From Eledone cirrhosa (Eukaryota), in NCBI GenBank assembly GCA_964016885.1, contig OZ024758.1, forward strand, positions 16,740,001 to 16,804,000: a stretch of 64,000 nt of DNA, written 5' to 3'. The notes under the pieces are model-generated. The model saw only the letters and a program-made list of their open reading frames with translations. It was not told where the DNA came from and made no database searches. Of the stretch, positions 28,877 to 42,943 are shown piece by piece. The first letter of the stretch is position 1; each line of letters begins with the position of its first letter. The translations under genes were made by a program, and so were the position numbers.

Positions 28877-29374
28877 GAGAGAGTGAGTGAGAGAGAGTGA
28901 GCGTGTGAGAGTGAGAGAGAGTGAATGAGAGTGAGAGAGAGAGTGAATGAGAGTGAGAGAGAGTGAGAGAGTGAGTGAGGGAGAGAGAGTGAGAGAGGGA
29001 GAGTGTGAGAGAGAGAGAGAGAGAGTGAGAAAGAGTGAGGAAGAGTGAGAGAGAATGAGTGAGAGAGAGTGAGAGAGAGAGAGAGTGAGAGAGAGAGAGA
29101 GTGAGAGAGAGAGAGAGTGAGAGAGAGAGAATGAGAGTGAGAGAATGAGAGTGAGAGAATGAGAGAGAGAGAGAGTGAGAAAGAGTGCGAAAGAGTGAGA
29201 AAGAGTGAGAAAGAGTGAGAAAGAGTGAGAAAGAGTGAGAGAGAGAGAGTGAGAGAGAGAGAGAGTGAGAGAGAGAGAGTGAGAGAGTGAGAGAGTGAGA
29301 GAGAGAGAGAGAGTGAGAGAGTGAGAGAGAGAGTGAGAGAGTGAGAGAGAGAGAGGGAGAGAGAGTGAGAGAGA
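28877..29374. repeat. (GA/GAGT)n purine-rich microsatellite
   Basis: Direct inspection. Similar tracts at 31490-31810 and 48463-49205. Confidence 0.95.
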
Positions 29375-29599
29375 TGCTTACATTTACATTATATATATAT
29401 ATATATTATGTATACATATATCTGTTAGCATCTCTCTCTCTATATATATCTATATATATATATATATATCGGTGTGTATAATATATAAATATATGGCTAC
29501 ACACACACAGACACACATATATATGTGTGTCTGTTTATATATATATATATATATATATATTCAAATATCTGGCTACACAAAAGAAGAACATACACACAC

Positions 29600-29648
<49 letters not shown>

Positions 29649-29862
29649 CGTGTGTAATGTGTGTGCATATATATATATATATATATACAAATATATGGCG
29701 ACACAAATATATATATACACACACACAAAGATATATACACACACAAACATATTTATATATATGTCTATACGCGCGTGCGTGCGTGGTGCGTGCGTTCGTG
29801 CGTGTGCGTATATATATGCATACATACAAATATATGCCTACACACAAACATATATACACATC

Positions 29863-29895
<33 letters not shown>

Positions 29896-30553
29896 ACACA
29901 CATATATGTCTGTGTCTATGTGTATATATATACATATACATATGTCTGAGTGTACGTGTATGTAGAAGCATGTGAGTGCATACAAGCATATATACACGTA
30001 TATGTGCTAACGCGTGTTCAAACCATCTCGGTGTCTTTTAATATCAAAAATATTGAGACATTTAGAAGCTCTGCCATTTTCTTTTGTTAGTTAAGTTACA
30101 AATAGCAAGAGGAAAAAAATCTAAAGGAAACTAAAGTGAATTATTGAAAGAAGCTGTTGAGCTATAAACTAAAGTTTAAGATTCCTCACAAGTCATATAT
30201 ACTGGTTTCATAGATTCTACATACATTCAACTAACAGTTCTGATAACACACTCACACATACAGATATATACATATTCATATAGGCACACACTTTCTTCTG
30301 TGAGTGTATGTGTGTATATGTGAGTGTGTGCGTGTGTGTGCGTGTGTGTACGCACGCGTTTGTATATGTTTCTGTATACACACATATATATATATGAACG
30401 AATGTATCCAAATATATATATATATATGTAGGAGGTGAGTTTTATTGTAGTACAATAAAGCAAGGCAGATATCGGATAAGAAGCACTCTACAGTTTGTAG
30501 GACTGGAGTATACATAATATATAAGATCAAAAGATGGTTAAATGAGTTCCATG

Positions 30554-30624
30554 TATTTTATTATGCGCATTTCAAAAACAAATATCATCATGCAATAACA
30601 TTTGTGTTTTCATCAGATAAAATA
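30554..30624 (-). ncRNA. Mirror copy of the 30765-30835 hammerhead
   Basis: Reverse complement in the left arm of the palindrome. Confidence 0.78.
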
Positions 30625-30764
30625 GGAAGACATGATATGAAGGTTAAAAACACTTGTGGATAGTGCAGTTTTAAATCAACATATATGCAGTTTTAAATCA
30701 ACATATATGTTGATTTAAAACTGCACTATCCACAAGTGTTTTTAACCTTCATATCATGTCTTCC

Positions 30765-30835
30765 TATTTTATCTGATGAAAACACAAATGTTATTGCATG
30801 ATGATATTTGTTTTTGAAATGCGCATAATAAAATA
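30765..30835 (+). ncRNA. Minimal type-I hammerhead ribozyme
   Basis: tattttat-CTGATGA-[stem II aaacacaaatgttatt...gatgatatttgttttt]-GAAA-tgcgca-TA-ataaaata. Perfect 8-bp stem I, intact core, palindromic loop III. Confidence 0.8.
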
Positions 30836-30869
30836 CATGGAACTCATTTAACCATCTTTTGATCTTATA

Positions 30870-31093
30870 TATAATGAAGTGACAGGAGGCTGGATTTGTG
30901 TAAATCCTTGAAAGGTTTATTATACTATGATCATTTCAATGACCGGGTTCCGTATGAATCCGGTGATATCATCAGGTATTCGAATACCTGATGATATCAC
31001 CTGATTCATACGGAACCCGGTCATTGAAATGATCATAGTATAATAAACCTTTCAAGGATTTACACAAATCCAGCCTCCTGTCATTTCATTATA
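30870..31093. mobile_element. Palindrome with 112-bp arms and no spacer; fold-back element, family C
   Basis: Centre att-cg-aat at 30981/30982, with two arm mismatches seen. A leader on the - strand (31094-31170) contains agagtactcaac. Confidence 0.8.
30984..31041 (+). ncRNA. Minimal type-I hammerhead ribozyme (mirror copy at about 30922-30979 on the - strand)
   Basis: atac-CTGATGA-tatcacc(t/g)gattcatacggaacccggtcatt-GAAA-tgatca-TA-gtat. 4-bp stem I and palindromic loop III. Confidence 0.7.
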
Positions 31094-31337
31094 ATATTTA
31101 ACTCCGTAATAGCACCACCAACTACAAAAACAAAGACGGTTGAACTGCTTTACGTTGAGTACTCTCTATATTATTGCATTACGATTGACCATACGGAATA
31201 GACCAGCTCTATACAGTGGTGAACCTCAAACCTGAATATATATATATATATATATATAAACCTACACATACACACACTTACATATATGGATGAATGTATC
31301 CATATATAAATATATACAAACATACAAATACACACAC

Positions 31338-31394
<57 letters not shown>

Positions 31395-31501
31395 ATATTA
31401 TTGAATGGAAGCACAACCACGAAAGAGAGAGAGACAAGTGTGGGGAGGGGGAGAAAGAACAAGACTGAAATAAACAGGGATAAAGCAAGAGAGCAAGAGA
31501 G

Positions 31502-31538
<37 letters not shown>

Positions 31539-31613
31539 AACAGAGAGAGAGAGAGAGAGACAGAGACAGACAGACAGACAGAGAGAGACAAACAGAGAGA
31601 CAGACAGACAGAC

Positions 31614-31644
<31 letters not shown>

Positions 31645-32273
31645 GAGACAGAGAGAGACATACAGAGAGAGACATACAGAGAGAGAGACAAAGAGAGAGA
31701 GAGACAGCGAGAGAGAGACAAAGAGAGAGACAGAGAGAGAGAGAGAGAGCGAGAGAGAGAGCAAACGAGAGAGCAAACGAGAGAGCAAACGAGAGAGAGA
31801 GCGAGAGATAGATGTTTATATTTTCCTAAGTGTTATTTTTTTTTTATGTAGCCATTCTAAACTAAAAAGCCTCATGCAAGAGATGAAAGGACTGTAAAAA
31901 TGGTATTATAGATATCTTGTATTAGTTTTAAAAATATCAATATATCAATTTGTTTGCTTTGAAAGGTCTCCATTAGTCTTTATTTCATTTTCCACATATG
32001 CTACATTTGATTCCTCACCTTCTACTTCTACTTATAGTACTTCATCCACTTCACATCAACCATCTTTTCCCCACTTTTTACATCCATTTCCTTTTCTTTC
32101 ATGCTTCGTTTTCACCTCTCTTCCTTATATATATATATATATATGTATGTATATATGTATATATATGTATGTATATATGTATATATATGTATATATATGT
32201 ATGTATATATGTGTATATATATGTATGTATATATGTGTATATATATGTATGTATATATGTATATATATGTATG

Positions 32274-32306
<33 letters not shown>

Positions 32307-32331
32307 GTATATATATGTATATATATGTATG

Positions 32332-32365
<34 letters not shown>

Positions 32366-32717
32366 TATATGTATATATATGTGTATGTATATATATATAT
32401 GTATGTATATATATATATATGTATGTATATATATATGTATATATATATATGTAAATATGTATATATATATATATATATGCGTATATATATATATATATGT
32501 ATATATATGTATGTATATATGTATATATATATGTATATATATGTATATATATGTATGTATATATATATGTAGATATATATGTATGTATATATGTATGTAT
32601 GTATATATATATATATATGTATGTATATATGTATATATGTATGTATATATGTATATATGTATGTATATATGTATATATGTATATATATGTAGGTAGATAT
32701 GTATATATATATGTATG

Positions 32718-32748
<31 letters not shown>

Positions 32749-32814
32749 GAATATATATATATGTGAATATATATATATATATGTATATATATATATGTAT
32801 GTGGGTATATATGA

Positions 32815-32870
<56 letters not shown>

Positions 32871-32885
32871 GTATGTGGGTATATA

Positions 32886-32934
<49 letters not shown>

Positions 32935-33004
32935 GTATATATATATATGTATGTGGGTATATATAAATATATATATATATATATATGTAAATATATATAT
33001 ATGA

Positions 33005-33037
<33 letters not shown>

Positions 33038-33254
33038 AATACATAAATATATTTGTGTGTATAGTCATTCAATTATTTCGTCTGTTTTCATCAATATTTC
33101 ACCTGCTCTACGTGTAACCTTTTCTTCTTGTTAAAGAATTTGTTTAGGAAAACGAAGGAGAGGGAAGAACGAAACGAAGGATCTTTTAAATAATCGTAAA
33201 GATATTTTAAAGTTGTATACAACTATGCATAAATATGTTTTCAATCACGTATCT

Positions 33255-33310
<56 letters not shown>

Positions 33311-33534
33311 ATATATACACATACATACATATATATATATATACACATACATACATATATATATATACACATACATACATATATATATATATATACACAT
33401 ACATACATATATATATATATATACACATACATACATATATATATATATATACACATACATACATATATATATATATACACATACATACATATATATATAT
33501 ATACACATACATACATACATACATATATATATAT

Positions 33535-33565
<31 letters not shown>

Positions 33566-33646
33566 CACATACATACATATATATATATATATATACACAT
33601 ACATACATATATATATATATATATACACATACATATATATATATAT

Positions 33647-33678
<32 letters not shown>

Positions 33679-34732
33679 ACATACATATATATATATATAT
33701 ATATACACATACATATATATATATATATATATACACATACATATATATATATATATATACACATACATATATATATATATATATACACATACATATATAT
33801 ATATACACATACATATATATATATATATATACACATACATATATATATATATATATACACATACATATATATATATATATATACACATACATATATATAT
33901 ATATACACATACATATATATATATATACACATACATATATATATACACATACATATATATATACACATACATATATATATATATACACATACATATATAT
34001 ATATATACACATACATATATATATATATACACATACATATATATATATATACACATACATATATATATATATACACATACATATATATATATATACACAT
34101 ACATACATACATATATATATATATACACATACATACATACATATATATATATATACACATACATACATACATACATATATATATACACATACATACATAC
34201 ATATATATATACACATACATACATACATATATATATACACATACATACATACATACATATATATATACACATACATACATACATACATATATATATATAC
34301 ACATACATACATACATACATATATATATATACACATACATACATACATACATATATATATATACACATACATACATACATACATATATATATATACACAT
34401 ACATACATACATACATATATATATATACACATACATACATACATATATATATATATACACATACATACATACATATATATATATATACACATACATACAT
34501 ACATACATATATATATATATACACATACATACATACATATATATATATACACATACATACATACATATATATATATACACATACATACATACATATATAT
34601 ATATACACATACATACATACATATATATATATACACATACATACATACATATATATATATATACACATACATGCATACATACATATATATATATATACAC
34701 ATACATGCATACATACATATATATATATATAC

Positions 34733-34765
<33 letters not shown>

Positions 34766-34766
34766 C

Positions 34767-34845
<79 letters not shown>

Positions 34846-34868
34846 CATACATATATATATATATATAC

Positions 34869-34901
<33 letters not shown>

Positions 34902-35154
34902 CACATACATATATATATATATATATACACATACATATATATATATATACATACATACATACATATATATACATACAGACATATATATACATACATACAT
35001 ACATACATGCATACATACACACATATATATACATACATACATACATACATGCATACATACACACATACATATATATATACACATACATACATATATATAT
35101 ATACACATACATACATATATTTATATATATATAAATATTGTGTGTGTATATACG

Positions 35155-35186
<32 letters not shown>

Positions 35187-35267
35187 TATATGTATATACA
35201 TGTGTATGTGTATATATGTATGTGTGTGTGTATATATATATACGTATATATACATACACACAATATT

Positions 35268-35299
<32 letters not shown>

Positions 35300-35340
35300 A
35301 TACGTACATATATTCATATAAGTCTACATACATTCGCACA

Positions 35341-35375
<35 letters not shown>

Positions 35376-35440
35376 ATATATATACACACACACAAACACA
35401 ATCTCTCGATATATATATACACACACACTTATGTGTTTAT

Positions 35441-35516
<76 letters not shown>

Positions 35517-35677
35517 CAATTATTCTACTGTTATAACATTTTAATATATTTTCCTGTGGATGGAATATGAAAAGAGGTTTTCCCCTTTTTATCAAGTATC
35601 AGAATGTACATGCCAAATTGCCTCCATCTCACTCTTTGATTTCCATAGTCAATATTAGGAAACATTATTTGTTTTTG

Positions 35678-36060
35678 GACGGTGGATTGGCAGTATCAGT
35701 GGAGAGTCGAACGCCATGCTTTCCAGCATAGTTACGTCCCTTTACGGTCTGAGTTCAAATCCCGCCGAGGTTGACTTTGCCTTTCATCCTTACGGGGTCG
35801 ATAAAATAAAGTACCAGTAATATACTGGGTTATTGCTGGCCTTGTGCCTAAAGTAGAAACAATTATTTGTTTTTGGATTGGCAGTATCGGTAGAGGGTCG
35901 GACGCCATGCTTTGACGCATAGAGTTACGGACCTTGCCATTCTTAGTTCAAATCCCGCCGAGGTTAACTTTGCCTTTCATCCTTACGGGGTCGATAAAAT
36001 AAAGTACCAGTAATGTACTGGTGAATTGCTGGCCTTGTGCCAATAGTAGGAACAATTATT
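35678..36060 (+). mobile_element. SINE dimer
   Basis: Two copies; the flank attatttgtttttgga recurs at each junction. Confidence 0.85.
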
Positions 36061-36087
36061 TGTTTTTTGATGGTATAAATGTAAAAT

Positions 36088-36129
<42 letters not shown>

Positions 36130-36233
36130 TATGTATATTCAACATATTGTATATTAAAGAGCTCAGGATTCCTTTTCCTTTTAGCACATTGACAGGGAAT
36201 AACGATAGTCTAGGGCTCCGTTAATTTATCGTG

Positions 36234-36288
<55 letters not shown>

Positions 36289-36405
36289 TAACGGAGGAAA
36301 TGTGGTAAGGAACCAGGTGGACCATAACGCACCAAATACTTAGGGTAGTAGAGTGGGTAATAGGAACGGGTTATAGATAGATATATAGATAGATATGGAC
36401 AGGCC

Positions 36406-36441
<36 letters not shown>

Positions 36442-36670
36442 AACACACACACACACATATATACACGTATATATATACACACACACACACACACATATAC
36501 ATATATATACACACACACACATATATATATACACGTATATATATATACACACACACACATCTATATATACACGTATATATATATACACACACACACATAT
36601 ATATATACACGTATATATATATACACACACACATATATATATACACGTATATATATATATACACACACAC

Positions 36671-36721
<51 letters not shown>

Positions 36722-36731
36722 CACACACAGA

Positions 36732-36769
<38 letters not shown>

Positions 36770-36819
36770 CACGTATATACATATATGTACATATACACAC
36801 AGATCCATATATATGCACA

Positions 36820-36878
<59 letters not shown>

Positions 36879-37118
36879 TCATACATACAAACAAACACAT
36901 ACATATATATATATATATATATAACGTAGTGTTGCTACGATTCTGGTTGATGCCGTTTTAGTTTTTAATTGGAACATCTTTGTGGAGCAGAATTTGTTGG
37001 AAATATTTAAATATTTCAGTCTGAAAGTTATGTTACTGTAGAGATGTTCTGTTTTATTATTTTGATGTGAAACCGCCCCTATGACTTCCTCGGGAGTTAC
37101 AGGACCATACATACATAT

Positions 37119-37708
37119 ATGGTGGCTGCCAACTCGTTTTCGAGTACGGCCACTACTTTATATCCATGTAGGAGAACCCCGACCGATGCGCTGAACGAGT
37201 GTGACTTTTTAGTCCAGCCAGTGACTTGAAAACTCTGGTACAAACACTACACTTGTGACATTTATTGACACAGTGCTGGGCCCATGGTACCATGTGACGA
37301 CAAGGGCAGAGAGATCTCCAGATATAAGCAATGCCTGTGCCGTGAAGATTTTATAGTGATCAAAGGCTCTGCACAAAGCCAGTCCCACTCTCTTAACCAA
37401 GATGATATTTACCAAAAAGAAGAACAAGTCAACATCATTGAATACCATCAGGGTTGCAGGTGTTATATCAGAGTTTTCCTTCTCCTAGAATTCTGTCTTG
37501 ACAAAGGCTAAGGGGTCATCTCTCCCATTGACTCTTAAGAGCTCATTTGCCCTTTGACAGGTTTTGTTTTTAGTCTTGCAGGATGTCCAAAGTCACCCTC
37601 CTCACCAAGAAACCTTGGTGGCGTTGCCAGTTTAGTCGCCAACGACCCGACCATGGGACAGGTTGTACTGGGATACATGTTACCAGTAGCACCAGCTGGC
37701 GACCTGAC
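37119..37708 (-). mobile_element. Second copy of the ~590-bp element
   Basis: The reverse complement aligns over the full length with 2466-3050. Flanked by TA/CA microsatellite. Confidence 0.6.
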
Positions 37709-38394
37709 ATACATATATATATATATACATACACACACAAACACACACACACACATATGTTTATACACACACACATATATATTTATATACACATACACAC
37801 ATGCATGCATACATACATACACACACTCACATACATACACTGTCATGTTGTGGATACATATATGCACACACACACTCATACACATACATAGACTGCCATG
37901 TGGATTCTATAATGATGAAATATCGTTTAATGCAATATACTCTCTTAGTTGTAGGTTGCTGGTTGCTTGACTGAATTCAAACGATGTATCTATATATATA
38001 TAGTATGGTCCTGTAACTCCCACGTGTGTCGTAGTGGCCCTGTATTGACATATGGCATTTCTTGGTAATTTTAAGTCTGGTAGAACCTATCCCTCTCCTC
38101 TCCAGGCCTGAGTACAGCAGATTACTTCTAGAGTAAGATTGTAAGTGAGAGAGAGGAAATGGAAAAGAGATATAGAGGAAGAATTTACCCCATTACTAGA
38201 CTGGTACTTATTTATCGACCTCAAAAGGATGAAAGGTAAAGTTGACCTCGACGTGATTTGAACTCAGAAAGCTGGAACGAATACGATAAATCATTCTTAG
38301 CGACCGTTCTAACGAATCTACCAATTCTATATATAGACTCTATATATTCATATGAATTGAATATCTGGATGAAAATATAGGAGAAAGTTTTGAT

Positions 38395-39580
38395 ATAGAA
38401 AGACTTCTGCATACACAATTTTGGCAATTTTTTCAACATTGTCACTATACATGCTTCACTCTGTGTAGTCTTTGACAGAACTACACAGAATTCTCCACAC
38501 GTAAATAGATCAATCAGTTGAAAAGAATAGTCCTATATTACTCAACAATTGATTCTGAGATTTATGGCCTGTGATTTTAAATGCCCCTCGAACTTGATAT
38601 TGCAACCGTGTTAGGGTGAATGGCCGAGTGATGTCAGAAGGTCTCGGTTTAATTCTTGCACAATGACATGCTTTCCATCAACTTGACCGTAACAATGTTA
38701 CATTCAATCATGCATTTACGTAAATGGCTTGGTTATTCGAATTCCTGTTCCATAGCTAAGCTGATTAGCTTTATTTAAGTTTCGTAGAATCATCATAACA
38801 CATTCCTATTCCAAGTTCAAAGTATAGGGTGAGAGGTCACTCCATCAAAGTTACAGCTATTTAGGCACTCCATTGAATAATTGTAAAGATTGTATTTATC
38901 ATCGTAGCAATGACTGTGAAAGTGTCTGTTTCTCTCTCAAATATATTGATTATTTCCTCATCAATACAATCAACAACAGCAGCATCAATTGATTTTGTAG
39001 GACATAGATAACTTAATGAAAGGAGAGGAAACCACTCTAGCTACCAAGTGGCTATTTGGGTTGTCTCTCTGCATTTTGTACATCAAGCCTTCATAACATC
39101 CTGCTCTTAGTTTTCGCTAATCCTTTGAAGCCCATTGTGGCCTTCTTCGACTTTGCAATACTCTTTTCAGATAATCATGCTACCAGCATTGCAATAACTT
39201 TGGTAACATACATCATCCTGTTGGCATGTTTCTCTACTATTATGCCGACTCATTAATGACACATCTTAATCTTCTTCACTTCTTGGAAACAAAGGAAAGA
39301 GAGGCAATGGATCACAATCGAGATTCGGTTAGCTAATATGCTGCAAACCTTAATCATGTTTACATAAAACAATGTCACGGCATTCATTGCTGTTTCCTGT
39401 TGATCCAGGTCGAATGACTCGTATTTCCGAAGCATTAAGAATATCATAATTTCTCATAGAATATTTACTAATGACTAAATTGAAATGTTGAGTATCATAC
39501 TTGCTAAGTGAAATAATATAGAATGTGTCATTGTTGAAGTACCCAACATGCTCACAAAACTTTCTCTCTATAAGTATCAC
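38395..39580 (-). pseudogene. Decayed, internally deleted Helitron RepHel (Rep N-terminal region plus PIF1-family helicase C-terminus)
   Basis: - strand fragments: NASEIRVIRPG..RDIVLCKHD*GLQHIS*..DPL..PLFPR (cf. PTASEV..RDI..GLQRISE..YDPLQYPLLFP); MILRNLNKANQLSYGTGIRIT (cf. MLLRNL..GLCNGTRL); PSDITRPFTLTRLQYQVRGAFKITGHKSQNQLLSNIGL (cf. PF..RRQFPVR.AFAMTINKSQGQTL..VGL); LFTCGEFCVVLSK (cf. FSHGQLYVALSR); AKIVYAEVF (cf. NIVY.EV). Many stops and frameshifts. Confidence 0.85.
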
Positions 39581-39851
39581 GGTAAGTGAATTTAAATATA
39601 GAAAGATATGGATTCAAGAGTCAGTTCCAACGCATGCGTATATAAATAATATATATATATATAACTGCGAGCAAGAAAGGCTATTGAATCAGATACGGAA
39701 ATCATTCTAGTTCACATAAAGTGATATAAAGTAAGACCCCAACTTACAAACGAGTTCGTTAGTTGATTTGTTCGTTATTTGACGATCTAACACAGTACGT
39801 ACCAGTACACCCATATTATATGTTACATTGACACTGCAGGTTTCCATATGA

Positions 39852-39903
<52 letters not shown>

Positions 39904-39972
39904 AAAAAGAGATGAAATCGAAAATGCAACTGAAGTCTTATCTTTTTTAAAAATATATATATTTATTTGGTT

Positions 39973-40007
39973 CCTTTACCGGTTTCGCAGTTCTGCTTTT
40001 CAAAAGG
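39973..40007 (-). ncRNA. Degenerate minimal hammerhead
   Basis: - strand reads cctt-ttgaaaa-gcagaactgc-GAAA-ccgg-TA-aagg. Stems are intact but the CUGANGA box is mutated. Confidence 0.45.
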
Positions 40008-40229
40008 TGAGTTGAGATGGAGGGTCTGTAAAAAAACCTCACTTTCTAATATATATATATATATATAAAGCGATATAGTCACTACTTTAAAAACGATATA
40101 CCGCAAGGTCTTCAAAATGTTTTAAATTAAACATACGGTATATTGCCAAATATACTATACATACATTCATGTATACATCGCTATTCAGAGCACCAATCCT
40201 AATATATATATATATATACATATATACAT

Positions 40230-40283
<54 letters not shown>

Positions 40284-40629
40284 TATATGGAGGTATATAT
40301 AACGTAATAATTGTTTCTTCTTTTGGCACAAGGCCAGCAATTAAATTCAGTACATTACTGGTACTTTATTTTATCGACCCCGTCAGGATTGAAGGCAAAG
40401 TTAACCTAGGCGGACTTGAACTCAGACCATAAAGGGCCGTAACTCTTTGCTGCAAAGCATGGCGTGAGACCCTCTACTGATACTGCCAATCCACCACCCT
40501 CTTTAACATGTAATAATGAATTTAAATATTGTAAAGCTAATGACAATAAATTGTTAAATAAAATATGTACTTTTTTCAATTCTGCGAAACAGTATGGTAT
40601 CCCTTACCATAGGTACGATGCCGGCTTGT

Positions 40630-40845
40630 TTCTATGTTGCAAAAGAAGGAACCCTTTTCTATGTTGCAAAAGAAGGAACCCTTTTCTATGTTGTAAAAGA
40701 AGGAACCCTTTTCTATGTTGTAAAAGAAGGAACCCTTTTCCATGTTGCAAAACAAGGAACCCTTTTCCATGTTGCAAAACAAGGAACCCTTTTCCCTGTT
40801 GCAAAAGAAGGAACCCTTTTTTATATTGCAAAAGAAGGGACCCAG
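40630..40845. repeat. 27-bp minisatellite, about 8 copies
   Basis: Unit tttctatgttgcaaaagaaggaaccct. Confidence 0.9.
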
Positions 40846-42196
40846 GGTCCGAAAGAACCCATAAAAACGTGAATTTCAAACACAGACAATTTTTTTTTTT
40901 TTTACTTCGTGAGTCTGTTATTATCTGCGTCGTAAGTTCGTACGTAGGATCTTCGTAAGGTGGGGACTTACTGTATAACACTTAATTTTATTTGAAGTTA
41001 GCGCCAGACTTTAGTTTTATTGTTACATTGTGTTAAAACACAATGTTGTGTTGATATTCTGAATATTTTAACACAATTCAGATCGGGCAGATCACTATAC
41101 AATAAAGGTTTCTGATTTAGGCAGAAGGCCAACCATTTTAGGGGAGGGGAATGTCGAATAGGTCGACCCCAGTGCATTAATGGTACTTTATTTTATCAAC
41201 CTCGTAAGGATGAAAAACAAAGCTAACCTTGGCGGGATTTGAACTCAGAATGTAAAGGGACTTAACTATGCTGCAAAGCATGTTGTCCGACGCTCTACTG
41301 ATTCGGCCAACCCACCATCTCTGACTATTACAACGCTGGAAAATGCAATAATTTGAGGCACCATGAATATTCTAATTGCACAAAAGTGTTTGTATATTTG
41401 AATCACCTTTGAAACACTCATGTTTCCATGGATATATTTTGTATTCAAAAGAAAAACCATTAATACGACATACCTGCTGGCTTTCCACGTAAAGAAAATC
41501 AAATTAGTTTCAGAATAACTCTTAAGGGTCCTTCGATTACTCCTTATTATAAAAACATAAGAATCAACTGGAAGATAATTTCATAGTATTCTAGCAAACA
41601 TACATCCGTCCTTTTGGTTCACGCTTATATCTAGATTGCGTTATTACGTTTGAATTACTTATTTTTCGAACAATTTGTGCATCAGTGTCTTCATTAGCGC
41701 GTACAAATTACTGGTGCATGATACTGTTGTCTCTTCGAGAATTCCATACAAGAATGTCTTCATTAGCAGGCACCAGTTGCTCTCATTCCTGTTAGAATTC
41801 TTAAATTACATCCCTTCCCGTTCATTCCCGTTTTTATTTCGTTGTCACTCTTTTTAATGGCAGTGTCTTTGTCTATCCTTTTCCTGCTGTCATTTTCTCT
41901 CAAATGACCCTTATTTATGTATAATGTATATGTATAGTAAAGTTGAAAGATACCTGGATAGGCAGTGTAGTGTATAATAATAGTTAATTATATCATTTAA
42001 CATTGCATTGTTAGTTAAACATAGAACTGTCTACCATATTTACTTTGATAGGAATACAGGTAAAGCTATGTAATAAGGGAGACGAAATATCAGTCACTAA
42101 AAAGGAAATTATCTTTAGAGAAGAAAAGTAAAGTGCAGATAGGGTAAATGATTTTTAGCATTGATACAATCACCCATACTTTATATGGTCATAATA

Positions 42197-42511
42197 TCTA
42201 TATACTGCAAAATCTGTGATTGCTTGCTTGCTTGCTTGTCTGTAATGTAATACAACCAAAATGGCGCAGAACGGGGAAATACTGTGAAAGGTAGATGCCC
42301 TGAAATAGGAATACAAATGGAATAAAATAAAGTTTCGCGTAAATCGGAGCACGGGTTCCCGAGATACGGGTTTTTTTCCTGGTACCTTCATAAACAGAGA
42401 GAAAGATAGAGAAAGGGATTGTGGTTGTGAGAGAGTAAATTGAAAGAGGAACATAGAGAGAGGAGACAGAGAAGGAAATGGCAGAGAGAGAGAGCATGGT
42501 GTTGTTGTGTA

Positions 42512-42547
<36 letters not shown>

Positions 42548-42592
42548 AGTGTGTGTGCGTCTATGACCAGTGTATATAGATCAGACACCCAC

Positions 42593-42671
<79 letters not shown>

Positions 42672-42708
42672 CGTATACAAACACATGTATATGTTTACAT
42701 AAACACAC

Positions 42709-42744
<36 letters not shown>

Positions 42745-42943
42745 GTATACAAACACATTTATATGCTTACATAAACACACGTATATATATATATATATAT
42801 ATATATGGGCCTTCCAGTTTCATTTCACAATATATACATACTTGTGTATATTTTTAATCATTTAAACATGATTTTAAAGTGAACATGATTTTAATAAACA
42901 CATTTTGAAGGGAACGTGACCCATTGGTTCACAGGTGGCCGAG
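42197..42943 (+). mobile_element. Non-autonomous Helitron-like element (same family as 21480-22034)
   Basis: A|TC start and (TTGC)n tract. Subterminal hairpin gtgacccattggttcac and degenerate end ggtggcCGAG|T. Confidence 0.6.

Larger units (their letters stand above)
30517..30872. mobile_element. Long palindrome with a 22-bp apex duplication; fold-back element, family B
   Basis: Arms of about 167 bp are reverse complements. tgcagttttaaatcaacatata is duplicated at 30664 and 30686. Leader 30428-30516 contains aagcactctac. Confidence 0.8.

Noticed and set aside
37610-37708. HDV-like or twister ribozyme at the 5' end of the 590-bp element
   Set aside because: A 7-bp G-U-closed helix exists, but the remaining required elements could not be placed.
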